Assembly: GCA_965651905.1 (NCBI GenBank)
Contig: CBFGUG010000014.1
Span: 39,356 to 103,355, forward strand
DNA: 64,000 nt
Origin: an uncultured bacterium
GTDB lineage: Bacteria; Myxococcota_A; Polyangia; Polyangiales; Polyangiaceae
Reading direction: 5' to 3'
Below, piece after piece: positions 45,775-55,106 of the stretch. The notes below the pieces were generated by a model. That model searched no databases, was not told the origin of the DNA, and saw only the letters and a program-made list of their open reading frames with translations. Position numbers and translations under genes: made by a program. Position 1 is the stretch's first letter. Each line of letters opens with the position of its first letter.

Positions 45775-46284
45775 TCAAGATGCCGAAAGTCGTCGCAGCC
45801 GCGCGCGAGTCGTGAGCCGACCCTCGATCGCGTACAGCCGCGTGAGTAATTCCTTGCCGACCCCCTGCGCCCCCACCAAGTCACGAGCGACATCCGTCGC
45901 GTAGCTCGCATGCCGACGCTCCTCCACCACCGACTTGAGGATGGTGAAAATCTCTCCCAACGTCTGTTCGAGCTGCTGCAGTTCGTTGCGCACGAAGTAG
46001 AACTCGCGCTGGATCTGCTCGATGGTGTAGTTGTCGGCCATCATCTCACGGATGTGGAGAATCTGGCGCACGACGCCGACGGGGTAGATGCCCTGCGACC
46101 CGGAGTGTTTACCTTTGCGGCCCACCCTCACGCTGCGCGGCAACAGGCCAAGCTGCACGTACTTGCGCAGCGTGGCTTCGCTGAGGGGCATCTGCCAGTC
46201 GGCGAAGACTGCCAATAACTGGGCAGATGTAAGGCCATCTGAGTAGCCTCGCTCCACTTGCTTCAAGGATGCTTCGCTCACCAT
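45775..46284 (-). CDS. MerR-type HTH protein with a coiled-coil C-terminus
   Basis: LSEATLRKYVQLGLLPRSVRVGRKGKHSGSQGIYPVGVVRQILHIREMM fits the MerR wing-HTH pattern. No effector-binding domain was recognised. Confidence 0.5.
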   Translation of the reverse strand: MVSEASLKQVERGYSDGLTSAQLLAVFADWQMPLSEATLRKYVQLGLLPRSVRVGRKGKHSGSQGIYPVGVVRQILHIREMMADNYTIEQIQREFYFVRNELQQLEQTLGEIFTILKSVVEERRHASYATDVARDLVGAQGVGKELLTRLYAIEGRLTTRARLRRLSAS

Positions 46285-46432
46285 CTCCGCCTCGTGAGGT
46301 TTCAGTATATTCTATTGAGTAGATCCTCCCGAAGCAGATAATCCCCTAATATTTGGGACAAACGTAAACAAACTCCATTCACTGCGTTTCCCGATCTGGG
46401 TGTGACATTGTTCGTCCTGTTGATGGACGATT

Positions 46433-46472
46433 GTCCATGGAGTTGATGCAGCGTCCATGGAGTTGATGCAGC
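46433..46472. repeat. Perfect 20-bp tandem duplication GTCCATGGAGTTGATGCAGC, plus a third degenerate copy
   Basis: 46433-46452 equals 46453-46472, and 46473-46492 is related (GTCGATGGAGATCGGCATCC). It lies at the edge of an unusually AT-rich ~150-bp divergent intergenic region. Confidence 0.9.
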
Positions 46473-47377
46473 GTCGATGGAGATCGGCATCCGCTGCTGG
46501 CCCAGATGGTCGAGTGCCGAGTACACACCGAGCTGAAGGTGATACTGTCCCGACGGTGAAGCCCGTCTACCGTGATGTGAAAGTCAGCGGCATCCGCCTG
46601 CGGGTAGCGGAAGTGGGTTCGGGGCCACCCATCTTGTTGCTCCACGACATCTTCTTCGACGGCAGTTCGTGGGAGCGTTGCATCGAGTTTCTCGCGCCGA
46701 GCTACAGGGTGGTCGCGCCGGATCTTCCAGGTTTTGGTGAAAGCGAGAAGCCACCCCAAACTCGCTTCGGCTATGGCGTCGATGACTTTGCGCACGTGGT
46801 CACCGACTTGTTCGCTGGGCTCGGCCTGGGCCCGGCGCGCGTCGTTGGTCACGGTTTGGGAGGAGCTGTGGGACTGTCACTGGCCAGTCGGAACCCCGAG
46901 CTCGTAAGCGGTCTGATCGTGGTGGACGCGCTCTGTTACTCCACCAAGCCAGACTTGGTACGCCGTGCCGCTGGGCTCCCGTTGCTGGGAGGGCTGCTGT
47001 TCAAACAACTTTGGGGTCGCGGGTTGTTCACCAGGTACTTCCGGGAGGTCTTGTGCGCGCCTCACCGCCCCTTGAGCCATGCGCGGATCGACCACTACTA
47101 CGACGTGTTCAACACGCCTTCCGCGCGCAACAGCGCCTTGTGTACCCTACGCGCGACCTCTGATCCTAGGACCGTGGAGGTGAGGCTCGGACGCATCTCC
47201 GCGCCAGTGCTCGTCGTATGGGGAAGGCACGACGAGGTGTACCCCGCCGCGTTCGGACGACGACTGGCCCGAGAGATTCGCGGCGCGGGGTTTCAGCTCC
47301 TCGATGCTGGGCACACGCCCCTGGAAGAGGTCCCCGAGGAGCTGTCCGCGCAAATCATCCGCTTCTGCCAGGCGTGA
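46457..47377 (+). CDS. Alpha/beta hydrolase
   Basis: PPILLLHD; a nucleophile elbow in VVGHGLGGAV (Gly where the usual GxSxG has the nucleophile Ser, so activity is uncertain); C-terminal DAGHTPLEE. The start is uncertain: the annotated ATG lies inside the 20-bp duplication, and an internal GTG or ATG is possible. Confidence 0.75.
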   Translation: MELMQRRWRSASAAGPDGRVPSTHRAEGDTVPTVKPVYRDVKVSGIRLRVAEVGSGPPILLLHDIFFDGSSWERCIEFLAPSYRVVAPDLPGFGESEKPPQTRFGYGVDDFAHVVTDLFAGLGLGPARVVGHGLGGAVGLSLASRNPELVSGLIVVDALCYSTKPDLVRRAAGLPLLGGLLFKQLWGRGLFTRYFREVLCAPHRPLSHARIDHYYDVFNTPSARNSALCTLRATSDPRTVEVRLGRISAPVLVVWGRHDEVYPAAFGRRLAREIRGAGFQLLDAGHTPLEEVPEELSAQIIRFCQA

Positions 47378-47515
47378 GCCCGCACGCTCGAACCCCACCC
47401 GCGACGATGGTCCCGTACGGAACTCTCAGAGTGCCGTTGCACCCGACGAGCGACGAAGTGAGCTAAGATCGCGCAGGAGGACTCACACCGTCCAACGCGG
47501 CCACCAATGTCGATG

Positions 47516-49954
47516 TCAGTTGGCGCCAGGAAACTGCACGGTGGGGGGTGTGGCCCCCGCGGCAGGTGGGTTTGGAGACGGCTGTGGGGCGGGCTTGCGC
47601 GCCTTTGGGGGCTGGCGTTTGGGAGCGGGTGCAGGTGCCACTGGCTTTCGTGCCTGGGGCGGGGCCTTGGCCGCAGGCGATTCCGATGTCTCGGGCACGA
47701 CGGGTTTTGCCGTCGTCGGCTCAGCAGGTGCCGCGGGCTCCGCTGACGCAGGGGGCGGCTCCGGGTTGACTGAGGTGCTGGTACGCGGTGGCTCGGATGG
47801 CTCCGCTGGTTCGCTCGTTTGCACGGGCTCAGCTGGCTGCGCGGGTGCGGCGGGAGCGGACTCGGGAACCACGGAGTCAGCGGGAGCGGTGGTGGTGGAG
47901 CTGCGATTGAGCGCCGACCACAGGCCATAGAGTCCAATGACCAGCGCGACTCCCACTATTCGAGCTACCCAACGCATGTTGCGGCGACGCTGTTCGAGCC
48001 GCTTTGCTGATGGTCTCAGGCCTTCGACGACCAGCTTGTCTGCTCCCGCCGTCCCTCCCGAAGCCGACACCTCACGCCGCGGCTTGGCTTCCGGATCGCC
48101 TTTCTTGACGGGCACTGGTGAACGCTCTCGCGAGGGAGGCTCAGCCTGGGGTTCCGCAGATCGGGGCGCTGTCGACCTGCTCTCTTCCCCAGCCTCGGCC
48201 GTCTTGCCAGCCACGGCCTTCTCCCCAGCCGCGGGCCTCTCCCCGGCTACAGTCTTCGTCGGCGAGGGCGACACGGACGCGTTGCGCTTGGGCGCAGTCC
48301 CCGCGGCGGCCGACTTCGGCTCGCGCGCGACCTCCGAAGCCTCCTCGACGCGCGGAGGAAACTGAATGACGTTCCCGCTATCGTGGCTCGGAGGCTGAGG
48401 CCCGACTGATTGCGCGATACTTCCGAAGTCCGGACTGCCCAAGCCGATGACAGTGCGTACCGACTTTCGTGTGTCACCGCTGGCGCTCTGCGCGCGCGCA
48501 GTTCCTTCCAGTCGAACGGTGGGGGTGACGGAAGCACGTCTGCTGCTGGGCGCGGCAGATCCGCGCGGGTTGGCAGCGGTCGCCTCACGCGCAGCACTGC
48601 TCGTGCTGGCTGGTGGTCGTGCGCTCGGCGCGGGCGGGAGCGTCCCAGCAAGCGAAGGCATTGCAGGAGGGCGCGCGCTCGGCGCGGGCGGGAGTTGCTC
48701 GTCCAGACTCGGTGCGGGGACAGGCTGGGTGTTCCTGACGCCTGGGTTCTCGTCCAACTCACCGACGTCGAACACGGAAGCATGCACCGACGCTGGAGGG
48801 GGGGGCAGCGGGTCAGTCTTCAGCGCCACGTCGAGAGCTGGCGGTGGGCGAACACTGAACTTGCTCCCCTCTGCGCTCATATCCATTTCTGGAGCGGAAG
48901 GCCTGACGGACGGGCTCGAACGCTTCTCCGCGACTTCTGAAACGACGGGCACCATCGAACCAGTACTGCTGCCGGGCACCACGCTCTCCGCACCCGGTTC
49001 AACATCGGGAGCTTGTACCAACACGCCTTCGAAGTAGAGCTTGGAGATGAACTCCAACGTCGACAGGTCTTCGAACGGGGATTCGTCGATCACAGCCATG
49101 AGTGATCGGGTGCCATCGAGCAGCTTGAGCACCCCGTTCATCTCGTCCGGGATCTCCTTGAGTCGTTCGAGCAGCTCGTTCGGCTCGATGTCGAAGACGG
49201 CAGTGTTCGACGGCAGTTGTTCTGCAAGACGCCCCCACTCGTCCACGCGACGCATGCCCTCCATCAGCAGCCCCTGCGTCGAGGTGGTGATCGTCTGCTC
49301 ACGGTCGACCTTGCGGAACTGCACCTCGAACGTGCCGTCAGTCCATAGCAGTGCTCGATAGACGGCTTCCTCGCCTCGCAAACGCCCGTGCTCGGCGTCG
49401 ATGACGACGCCATCGCGGAAGTAGACCGTGACCTGCCGCTGACCGCACGCGATCAGGGCAACTCCCCCCTTTCGACTCACTTCCAACGTTTGCAACAAGT
49501 CGACGACACTCATGTCGTCGAGGGTGCCGCTGAACTGAGTGCGAGACCCGGGGCTGCTACGGGCAGCGATTGTCTGCTGCGTGCGCCGCGCCAGCAAGAT
49601 GTTCACACGAGTGATCAACTCACGGACGAAAATGGGCTTCGTCAGGTAGTCTTCGACGCCCAACTCGAGACCGCGAACCTTGTCTTCGATCGACGTCTCC
49701 GACGTCAGAAAAACCACGGGTATCGCCTTGAACTCGGGCTTGGACTTGAGCTGCGCCACGAGCTGAAACCCATCCAACCTCGGGAGACGCGTGTCCGTCA
49801 GGATCAGATCGGGCACCGCGAACTCGAGCTTTTCCAAGGCGTCGGCGCCGTCCGCACTCGTGGTGACGCTGAACCCCTCGTTTTTCAGACTCACTTCCAG
49901 CAAGCGCGCGCTGCGCGGATCGGCGTCTACGAGAAGAAGCTGAGTTTTCGCCAT
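47516..49954 (-). CDS. Response-regulator receiver plus DUF4388 (PATAN-like) protein with a long P/A/S-rich region and one TM segment
   Basis: REC domain (LLVDAD...[14 protein letters not shown]...K), then [22 protein letters not shown] (DUF4388-like), about 350 aa of low complexity, the TM segment [21 protein letters not shown], and a proline-rich tail. Confidence 0.8.
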   Translation of the reverse strand: MAKTQLLLVDADPRSARLLEVSLKNEGFSVTTSADGADALEKLEFAVPDLILTDTRLPRLDGFQLVAQLKSKPEFKAIPVVFLTSETSIEDKVRGLELGVEDYLTKPIFVRELITRVNILLARRTQQTIAARSSPGSRTQFSGTLDDMSVVDLLQTLEVSRKGGVALIACGQRQVTVYFRDGVVIDAEHGRLRGEEAVYRALLWTDGTFEVQFRKVDREQTITTSTQGLLMEGMRRVDEWGRLAEQLPSNTAVFDIEPNELLERLKEIPDEMNGVLKLLDGTRSLMAVIDESPFEDLSTLEFISKLYFEGVLVQAPDVEPGAESVVPGSSTGSMVPVVSEVAEKRSSPSVRPSAPEMDMSAEGSKFSVRPPPALDVALKTDPLPPPPASVHASVFDVGELDENPGVRNTQPVPAPSLDEQLPPAPSARPPAMPSLAGTLPPAPSARPPASTSSAAREATAANPRGSAAPSSRRASVTPTVRLEGTARAQSASGDTRKSVRTVIGLGSPDFGSIAQSVGPQPPSHDSGNVIQFPPRVEEASEVAREPKSAAAGTAPKRNASVSPSPTKTVAGERPAAGEKAVAGKTAEAGEESRSTAPRSAEPQAEPPSRERSPVPVKKGDPEAKPRREVSASGGTAGADKLVVEGLRPSAKRLEQRRRNMRWVARIVGVALVIGLYGLWSALNRSSTTTAPADSVVPESAPAAPAQPAEPVQTSEPAEPSEPPRTSTSVNPEPPPASAEPAAPAEPTTAKPVVPETSESPAAKAPPQARKPVAPAPAPKRQPPKARKPAPQPSPNPPAAGATPPTVQFPGAN

Positions 49955-50238
49955 GGGCTCCGAGCTGGCAACGCGCCAGCCTCAACAGTGGCCAAGATCG
50001 GGAGTGTTATGCAATAGCAGAGCGCGCCTGATCAGCCCAACTCAATGCCAGGGTGCGGCGGTCGAAATCGCGCGCCGAACCCGATTCGACTCGGGGAGTT
50101 ACGACTTAGCGGCGGCGTCTTCATCAACCGCATGGTCGCGTCGCACACGAAGGCACCCGGCCCCCCGCCCGAGTTCCAAGCGCAGTAGCCACCGCTCCCA
50201 CTACTGAGCCCGAGCTGCTGAGCACACAATTCGTTCAA

Positions 50239-51615
50239 TCAACTGCCTCTGAGTCCGTGCCCACACTGCGCACAGAACAGTGCGCTTGCGGCGACTGGAG
50301 CTGAGCATTTCGGGCATGCCGTAGCGGGCGATACGCCCTGCGGCGGCGAAGCATCCTGTGGAGGTGCGCCCTGTGGAGGTGCGCCCTGTGGAGGTGCGCC
50401 CTGTGGAGGTGCGCCGTACGCCCCCTGCTGCGGGGGGTATCCCTGCTGCGGGGGCGGGTACCCCCCTTGGGGCGGTGGATACCCCTGAGGTGGAGGGTAA
50501 CCCTGAGCCCCAGGATTACCCTGAGCCCCAGGATTACCCTGAGCCCCAGGATAACCCTGGGGCGGATACCCTTGCTGAGGTGGGTAGCCTTGGGGCGGAC
50601 GATAGCCGGGAGGCGGGTAGCCGTACGCCCCGCCGTACTGCATGCCCATGCCCATGCCGAGGCCCGCAGCCATCCCTGCGCCAGCCATGGCGCCGCCAGC
50701 GCCTTCTCCACCTTTCGCCATGCCCGCGCCCATGCCCATCATGGCCTCACCACCAGCGAACTGCTGGTAGCGATTCATGTCCAGGTTGTTAACGTACTGC
50801 GCGCGGTTCTGGAACAGACGATCGTCGTGGAACTTCTGAGCAGCCGCTTCAGCCTCAGCCTTGGAAATGCCGATCTTCGCCTTCCGAGCGTCGATCTTGG
50901 CTTGTACGATCTGGTCCTGAAACTCGTCGATGCGATCCTGATCTTCCTCTGAGAGGTTCAGATTCAGCTTGGACATCTCGAGCACCTGCACGCCAATTCG
51001 CGTCAGATCGGGGCAGCTCTCGACCACCGCTCGCGCAACGTCTGGACCCGCGGTGCCGAAGTCCATCATCGTCATCTCGCCTTCTTTGATCAGGCGCGTG
51101 AGCGTCGCTTTGACGCCCATCATGAGCTGGTCGCGGACCCACTGCAGGGCTCGGTCGGGGTCAGCTGCCCCCGTCTGCCCCACGAACTCCATGACGAACT
51201 TCATCGCGTCAGCAACGCGAAAGGAGTAGCTGCCGAACGCGCGCGGGTTCACGCGAATCTCGAGTTCGGGATCGCGCATCGACCCAATCGGCCCGCCGAA
51301 GGTTTGGTTGTAGAGCGGACGTGTGGTTACGAAATAGAGCTCGCTGATGAAGACATTTCCACCAGTCATCTTGTCGACGAGCGAACCCAAGAACGGGATA
51401 TTCTGAGTATCCAGCGTATGTCGACCGGGGCCGAGGTAACCTACGTACGCCCCATCCTTGAAGAACAACACCAACTCGTCTGAGTCGACGGTAAGCTGGC
51501 TCCAGAACGGGAAGTTTTGGTCCGGATGCTTGTAGACGACAGCCTCTTTCGCGGTATCGGGCCGCGCGATCATCATTCGCTGTACGCCGTTCTTGACGAA
51601 ATCGAAGATACCCAT
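50239..51615 (-). CDS. SPFH/band-7 domain protein with a P/Q/G/Y repeat region and C-terminal zinc ribbon (COG4260/YdjI-like)
   Basis: MGIFDFVKNG start at 51615, an SPFH core, GYPPQ / GAPPQ repeats, and the terminal CPKCSAPV...FCAQCG. Confidence 0.8.
   Translation of the reverse strand: MGIFDFVKNGVQRMMIARPDTAKEAVVYKHPDQNFPFWSQLTVDSDELVLFFKDGAYVGYLGPGRHTLDTQNIPFLGSLVDKMTGGNVFISELYFVTTRPLYNQTFGGPIGSMRDPELEIRVNPRAFGSYSFRVADAMKFVMEFVGQTGAADPDRALQWVRDQLMMGVKATLTRLIKEGEMTMMDFGTAGPDVARAVVESCPDLTRIGVQVLEMSKLNLNLSEEDQDRIDEFQDQIVQAKIDARKAKIGISKAEAEAAAQKFHDDRLFQNRAQYVNNLDMNRYQQFAGGEAMMGMGAGMAKGGEGAGGAMAGAGMAAGLGMGMGMQYGGAYGYPPPGYRPPQGYPPQQGYPPQGYPGAQGNPGAQGNPGAQGYPPPQGYPPPQGGYPPPQQGYPPQQGAYGAPPQGAPPQGAPPQGAPPQDASPPQGVSPATACPKCSAPVAASALFCAQCGHGLRGS
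50356..50415. repeat. Four perfect 15-bp in-frame tandem repeats (GAPPQ on the minus strand)
   Basis: CTGTGGAGGTGCGCC x4 at 50356-50415. Nearby, 50501-50554 holds three 18-bp units CCCTGAGCCCCAGGAT(T/A)A. Confidence 0.95.
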
Positions 51616-51711
51616 CAGTCCACATCCTCCTTGGAAATCACCGCGTCGAACATAGTCCCCCGCACTCACACAGGCAACCGTAGACGCGTCCGACCGTGAC
51701 GAGATTCAACC

Positions 51712-52818
51712 ATGCCGTCCAGCCTCGACTACACCGAACTCTCTCCCATCCCACGAAAGATCCTCGAGGGTGGTGCCCCGCCTCAAGCCACGCAAATGGC
51801 GGCGAAGGGTGTGATCATGGGCGCCGCCCCAGGAGAGGTGGTCACCGTGGTCGCCGCGCTGTCGATGGGTGATGACAGCCAACTGGCGTCCTTAGCTCGG
51901 ACCACGATCTCCTCGCTTCCAAAACCACTGCTCAGCGGTGCGCTGGGCGCCGACTTGCAGGGTCCAGTCACGGAGGTGTTGGCTAGCGCCTTCGCCAAAG
52001 ACGCCGAAGTCGTCGAGCGGCTGCTGCGCCTGCCTCGTATTTCGGAGGAGGCGCTCGTCACCCTGGCTCACAACGCGGATGAGAAGATCGGGGAGTTGGT
52101 CGCGACCAACGAACGACTGCTACTTACGTGCCCTCGCGCGATCGAAAAACTGTACATGAACAAACGCGTGCGCATGTCGACCGCCGATCGTCTGCTCGAG
52201 TTAGCGGTGCACAACAAGCTCAAGCTGAGCATCCCCGCGTACGAACAAGCGGTCGCCGCCATCCTCAACGAACCGCGCCGAGCGATCAATGACGAACTTC
52301 ATCGTGAAACAGATCAGCTGGGCGACGAGGTAGACGCTACGACCGCCGGCACCGACAGCCACGACACGAACGAAGAAGGCGAAGAGGTGGTCGTGGAGAA
52401 GTTCCTGCCGCTACACGCGAAGCTGTCTCAGATGTCGATCAGCGAAAAGATACGTCGTGCCATCCTCGGCTCGGGCGCCGAACGCGCATTGTTAATCAAA
52501 GACAACAATAAGCTCGTGGCAGGAGCTGCGGCGTCCAGCCCACAGTTCACCGAACACGACGCGATTCGCGTGGCCAGCAATCGCAACGTGCACGAAGAAG
52601 TACTGCGGCTCATCTCGAAGAACCGCGCGTTCACCCGGGGCTATCAAATAAAACTGGCACTCGTCAGCAACCCCAAGACGCCACTGCCGTTCGCGTCGGG
52701 CTTCATCCCTCACTTGAGGGAGAGCGATTTGAAAGCGCTGACCAAAGACAAGAACGTGCCTTCCAACATCAAGACGTTGGTGCGACAGCAACTGCAACGC
52801 AAACAGAAGCGCAACTGA
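51712..52818 (+). CDS. Alpha-helical repeat protein (LRV/HEAT-like, NPxTP-type repeats), function unknown
   Basis: 368 aa, helical-looking, with LVSNPKTPLPFA-type repeat motifs and a basic C-terminus. Confidence 0.5.
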   Translation: MPSSLDYTELSPIPRKILEGGAPPQATQMAAKGVIMGAAPGEVVTVVAALSMGDDSQLASLARTTISSLPKPLLSGALGADLQGPVTEVLASAFAKDAEVVERLLRLPRISEEALVTLAHNADEKIGELVATNERLLLTCPRAIEKLYMNKRVRMSTADRLLELAVHNKLKLSIPAYEQAVAAILNEPRRAINDELHRETDQLGDEVDATTAGTDSHDTNEEGEEVVVEKFLPLHAKLSQMSISEKIRRAILGSGAERALLIKDNNKLVAGAAASSPQFTEHDAIRVASNRNVHEEVLRLISKNRAFTRGYQIKLALVSNPKTPLPFASGFIPHLRESDLKALTKDKNVPSNIKTLVRQQLQRKQKRN

Positions 52819-52881
52819 GCGGTCGCCCCAGGGATGTGACAGTCGCGGAAGCGGCCAGGACTGGGTCGTTCCGCTCGCACA

Positions 52882-53721
52882 TCAGGGCTGCGCGGGCGTG
52901 ATGATGGCGTGGCCCTCACGCTTCTTCTGCTTGGCTTCCCGCTTCTTCAACTTGGCGTCACGAATGTCTTTCTGACGCTTCACCTTGTCTGGGTCCACGA
53001 GGAAACTCTGGATGCGCTGCTCGTCGTCCAGCTTCTTCTGGTAGTTCTGCGCCAAGTACTTGTGCTTGAACGGTCCGATCCGCACGCGGTGCCACAGGCC
53101 CCGCTCGGGGACGTATGCCGCTTGCCTGTAGGCGCTGTGTCCACGGCGCCTCAGCTCTTCGACGAAAGCATCTGCGTCCGCGGGGTTCTGAAAGCTCGCT
53201 ACTTGAATCTCGTAGCCTCCTTCGGATCCCGGGGGAGCCATCTCGCCTTCCTCACCCGTGCTGATACGGCTGCGTGCAAGCTGTCCGAGTTGGTCGTTGG
53301 GATCCGTCGTCACCCGCGTCGCGCTCAGCAGATCACCCACAGGCTGCTCGGTCGAGGGCAAACCTTCCGCTGGCGGCGGCTCCGTGAGCTCGGGACGCGC
53401 CGAGAGTTCGAGCATGCGCCCTCGCTCGTCTTTCACGGCGGCCAGGGCCGTCGTCGGTTTGCCGTCATCACTCAAGATCTTCGGAAACGTCACATGTTCG
53501 TCCGCGACCCTAGCCGCGGGCTGCCCCTCTTGTTTCGAGCGCTCGAGCAGCTCGGCTAACGGATCCACTTCCGACTCGGTTGCTGGCGCCTCGCGGTCGA
53601 AACTCGTCATCGCCGCGACGACCAACGCGCCGCCAGCCAGCGCGGACAAGAACAGCGTGGCAAGCGGCAAGCCGCGGCGGTCTGATTCTTCTTGGATCTG
53701 ATCGATGTTGCGAAAGTTCAC
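52882..53721 (-). CDS. SPOR-domain (septal peptidoglycan-binding) membrane protein
   Basis: N-terminal TM segment (LATLFLSALAGGALVVAAM) and a SPOR-like YEIQVASFQNPADADAFVEELRRRGHSAYR...WHRVRIGPF. Lys-rich tail. GTG start. Confidence 0.75.
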   Translation of the reverse strand: MNFRNIDQIQEESDRRGLPLATLFLSALAGGALVVAAMTSFDREAPATESEVDPLAELLERSKQEGQPAARVADEHVTFPKILSDDGKPTTALAAVKDERGRMLELSARPELTEPPPAEGLPSTEQPVGDLLSATRVTTDPNDQLGQLARSRISTGEEGEMAPPGSEGGYEIQVASFQNPADADAFVEELRRRGHSAYRQAAYVPERGLWHRVRIGPFKHKYLAQNYQKKLDDEQRIQSFLVDPDKVKRQKDIRDAKLKKREAKQKKREGHAIITPAQP

Positions 53722-53831
53722 GATGCAAGCACCTCACTGACTGCCCAGTATGGGACGCCCGGCAGAGAAGGCCAAAATCCCGAAAAACAGGTGTTCAGTG
53801 CGGCGGGGCGTCCGCGAGCAGAAGTGGGATT

Positions 53832-55106
53832 TCAGGCTGTGTCAGCGACGTCGATCAGTCGCTGCAGTTGGACGGCTTTCCAGCGCGTCTCTTCGACCTC
53901 CCGCTGCGGGTCGCTGTCCGCGACGATGCCCCCGCCGACCCAGTAGTAGCCCAGGGCGTCCTGGCGGCACAAGGTTCGAATGGCCATCGCCAGGTGCAGA
54001 CCGCCTGCACGACTGACGAAACCGAAGGCGCCAGTGTACAAGCCCCGACGCTGGACCTCGAGTTCTCGGATGATTTCCATCGTACGTACTTTCGGGGCCC
54101 CCGTGATGCTGCCGCTGGGCAGTGTCGCGCGCAGTAACTCGCTGCGATCCACCTGTGGAGGCAACCTCGCGCTGACTCGCGCCTGTCGATGGAAGACCCC
54201 GGTGTGACGTACCACCCTCGGCGACTCGGCAACGACACTGCCGATGGTCGCCACTCGCCCGAGATCGTTGCGCTCGATGTCCACCACCATGGCGAGCTCT
54301 GCACGTTCCTTTTCGTCCGCGTCGAGCGCCGCGGCGAGCCTCCGTTCACTGCTCGCGTCGTTGCCGCGTGGGCGAGTACCTTTGATGGGCACGGTGAGCA
54401 CGCGGCCCCCCGGCTCATGTCGCAGGAACAACTCGGGTGAAGTACTGATGACCTCGCGTCCGTGGGGATCGACGAAAGCAGCGCAGTATGGAGCGCGGGC
54501 AGCCTCGCTCATGTGTTCGAGCAGGTCGAGTGCAGCTCCGTGAACGTCGAACTCGAGCCGTCTGGCGAGGTTGACCTGGTAGATCTCGCCGTCACGAATG
54601 TATTCCAGGGCCCGCTCGATGCGCGCGCGGTGTTCCACATCACTTCCGCCCAGATCACGCGGCGAAAGCCGGGGCCGGGTACGCTGTTCGGGAGCGGCCG
54701 TCAGGCGCTCTCGTAGTGCCTCGACTGCTGCGTAGTCATCCCCCACCAGAGTCACTCGTGAGTCAATCACGGCCACCGCGGGATAGCGCCACCAGACGTT
54801 CTCTTCGAACATCGGCGGTGGACGCCTTTCCTCGATGACGTACTTGGCTCGCTCGAGTCGAGCCCGTTGCGCCTCGTAGGGTAACACCCCGAACCACTTG
54901 GGGACGTGCGCCCAACGACCGAGCGTCGAGGGCTCCAACTCTGGCTCAGGATCGAGACCGACTCGTGTGGCCACAGGATCACACGCGAGGTAGCTTGGAC
55001 CACTGCCGGATCGCGTCCAAAGCAGCATCGGCGTCACACCCGACCAGATGCGGCGCGCCAGTTCTAGCGGGCGCACTGCGAGGCGGGTCTCGATGGCAAC
55101 GGTCAT
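53832..55106 (-). CDS. Chorismate-binding enzyme of the PabB/TrpE family (likely aminodeoxychorismate synthase component I)
   Basis: C-terminal PSGSITGAPKVRTMEIIRELE..RRGLYTGAFGF motif. The ATG at 55106 overlaps the upstream TGA (ATGA, 55103-55106). Confidence 0.75.
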   Translation of the reverse strand: MTVAIETRLAVRPLELARRIWSGVTPMLLWTRSGSGPSYLACDPVATRVGLDPEPELEPSTLGRWAHVPKWFGVLPYEAQRARLERAKYVIEERRPPPMFEENVWWRYPAVAVIDSRVTLVGDDYAAVEALRERLTAAPEQRTRPRLSPRDLGGSDVEHRARIERALEYIRDGEIYQVNLARRLEFDVHGAALDLLEHMSEAARAPYCAAFVDPHGREVISTSPELFLRHEPGGRVLTVPIKGTRPRGNDASSERRLAAALDADEKERAELAMVVDIERNDLGRVATIGSVVAESPRVVRHTGVFHRQARVSARLPPQVDRSELLRATLPSGSITGAPKVRTMEIIRELEVQRRGLYTGAFGFVSRAGGLHLAMAIRTLCRQDALGYYWVGGGIVADSDPQREVEETRWKAVQLQRLIDVADTA

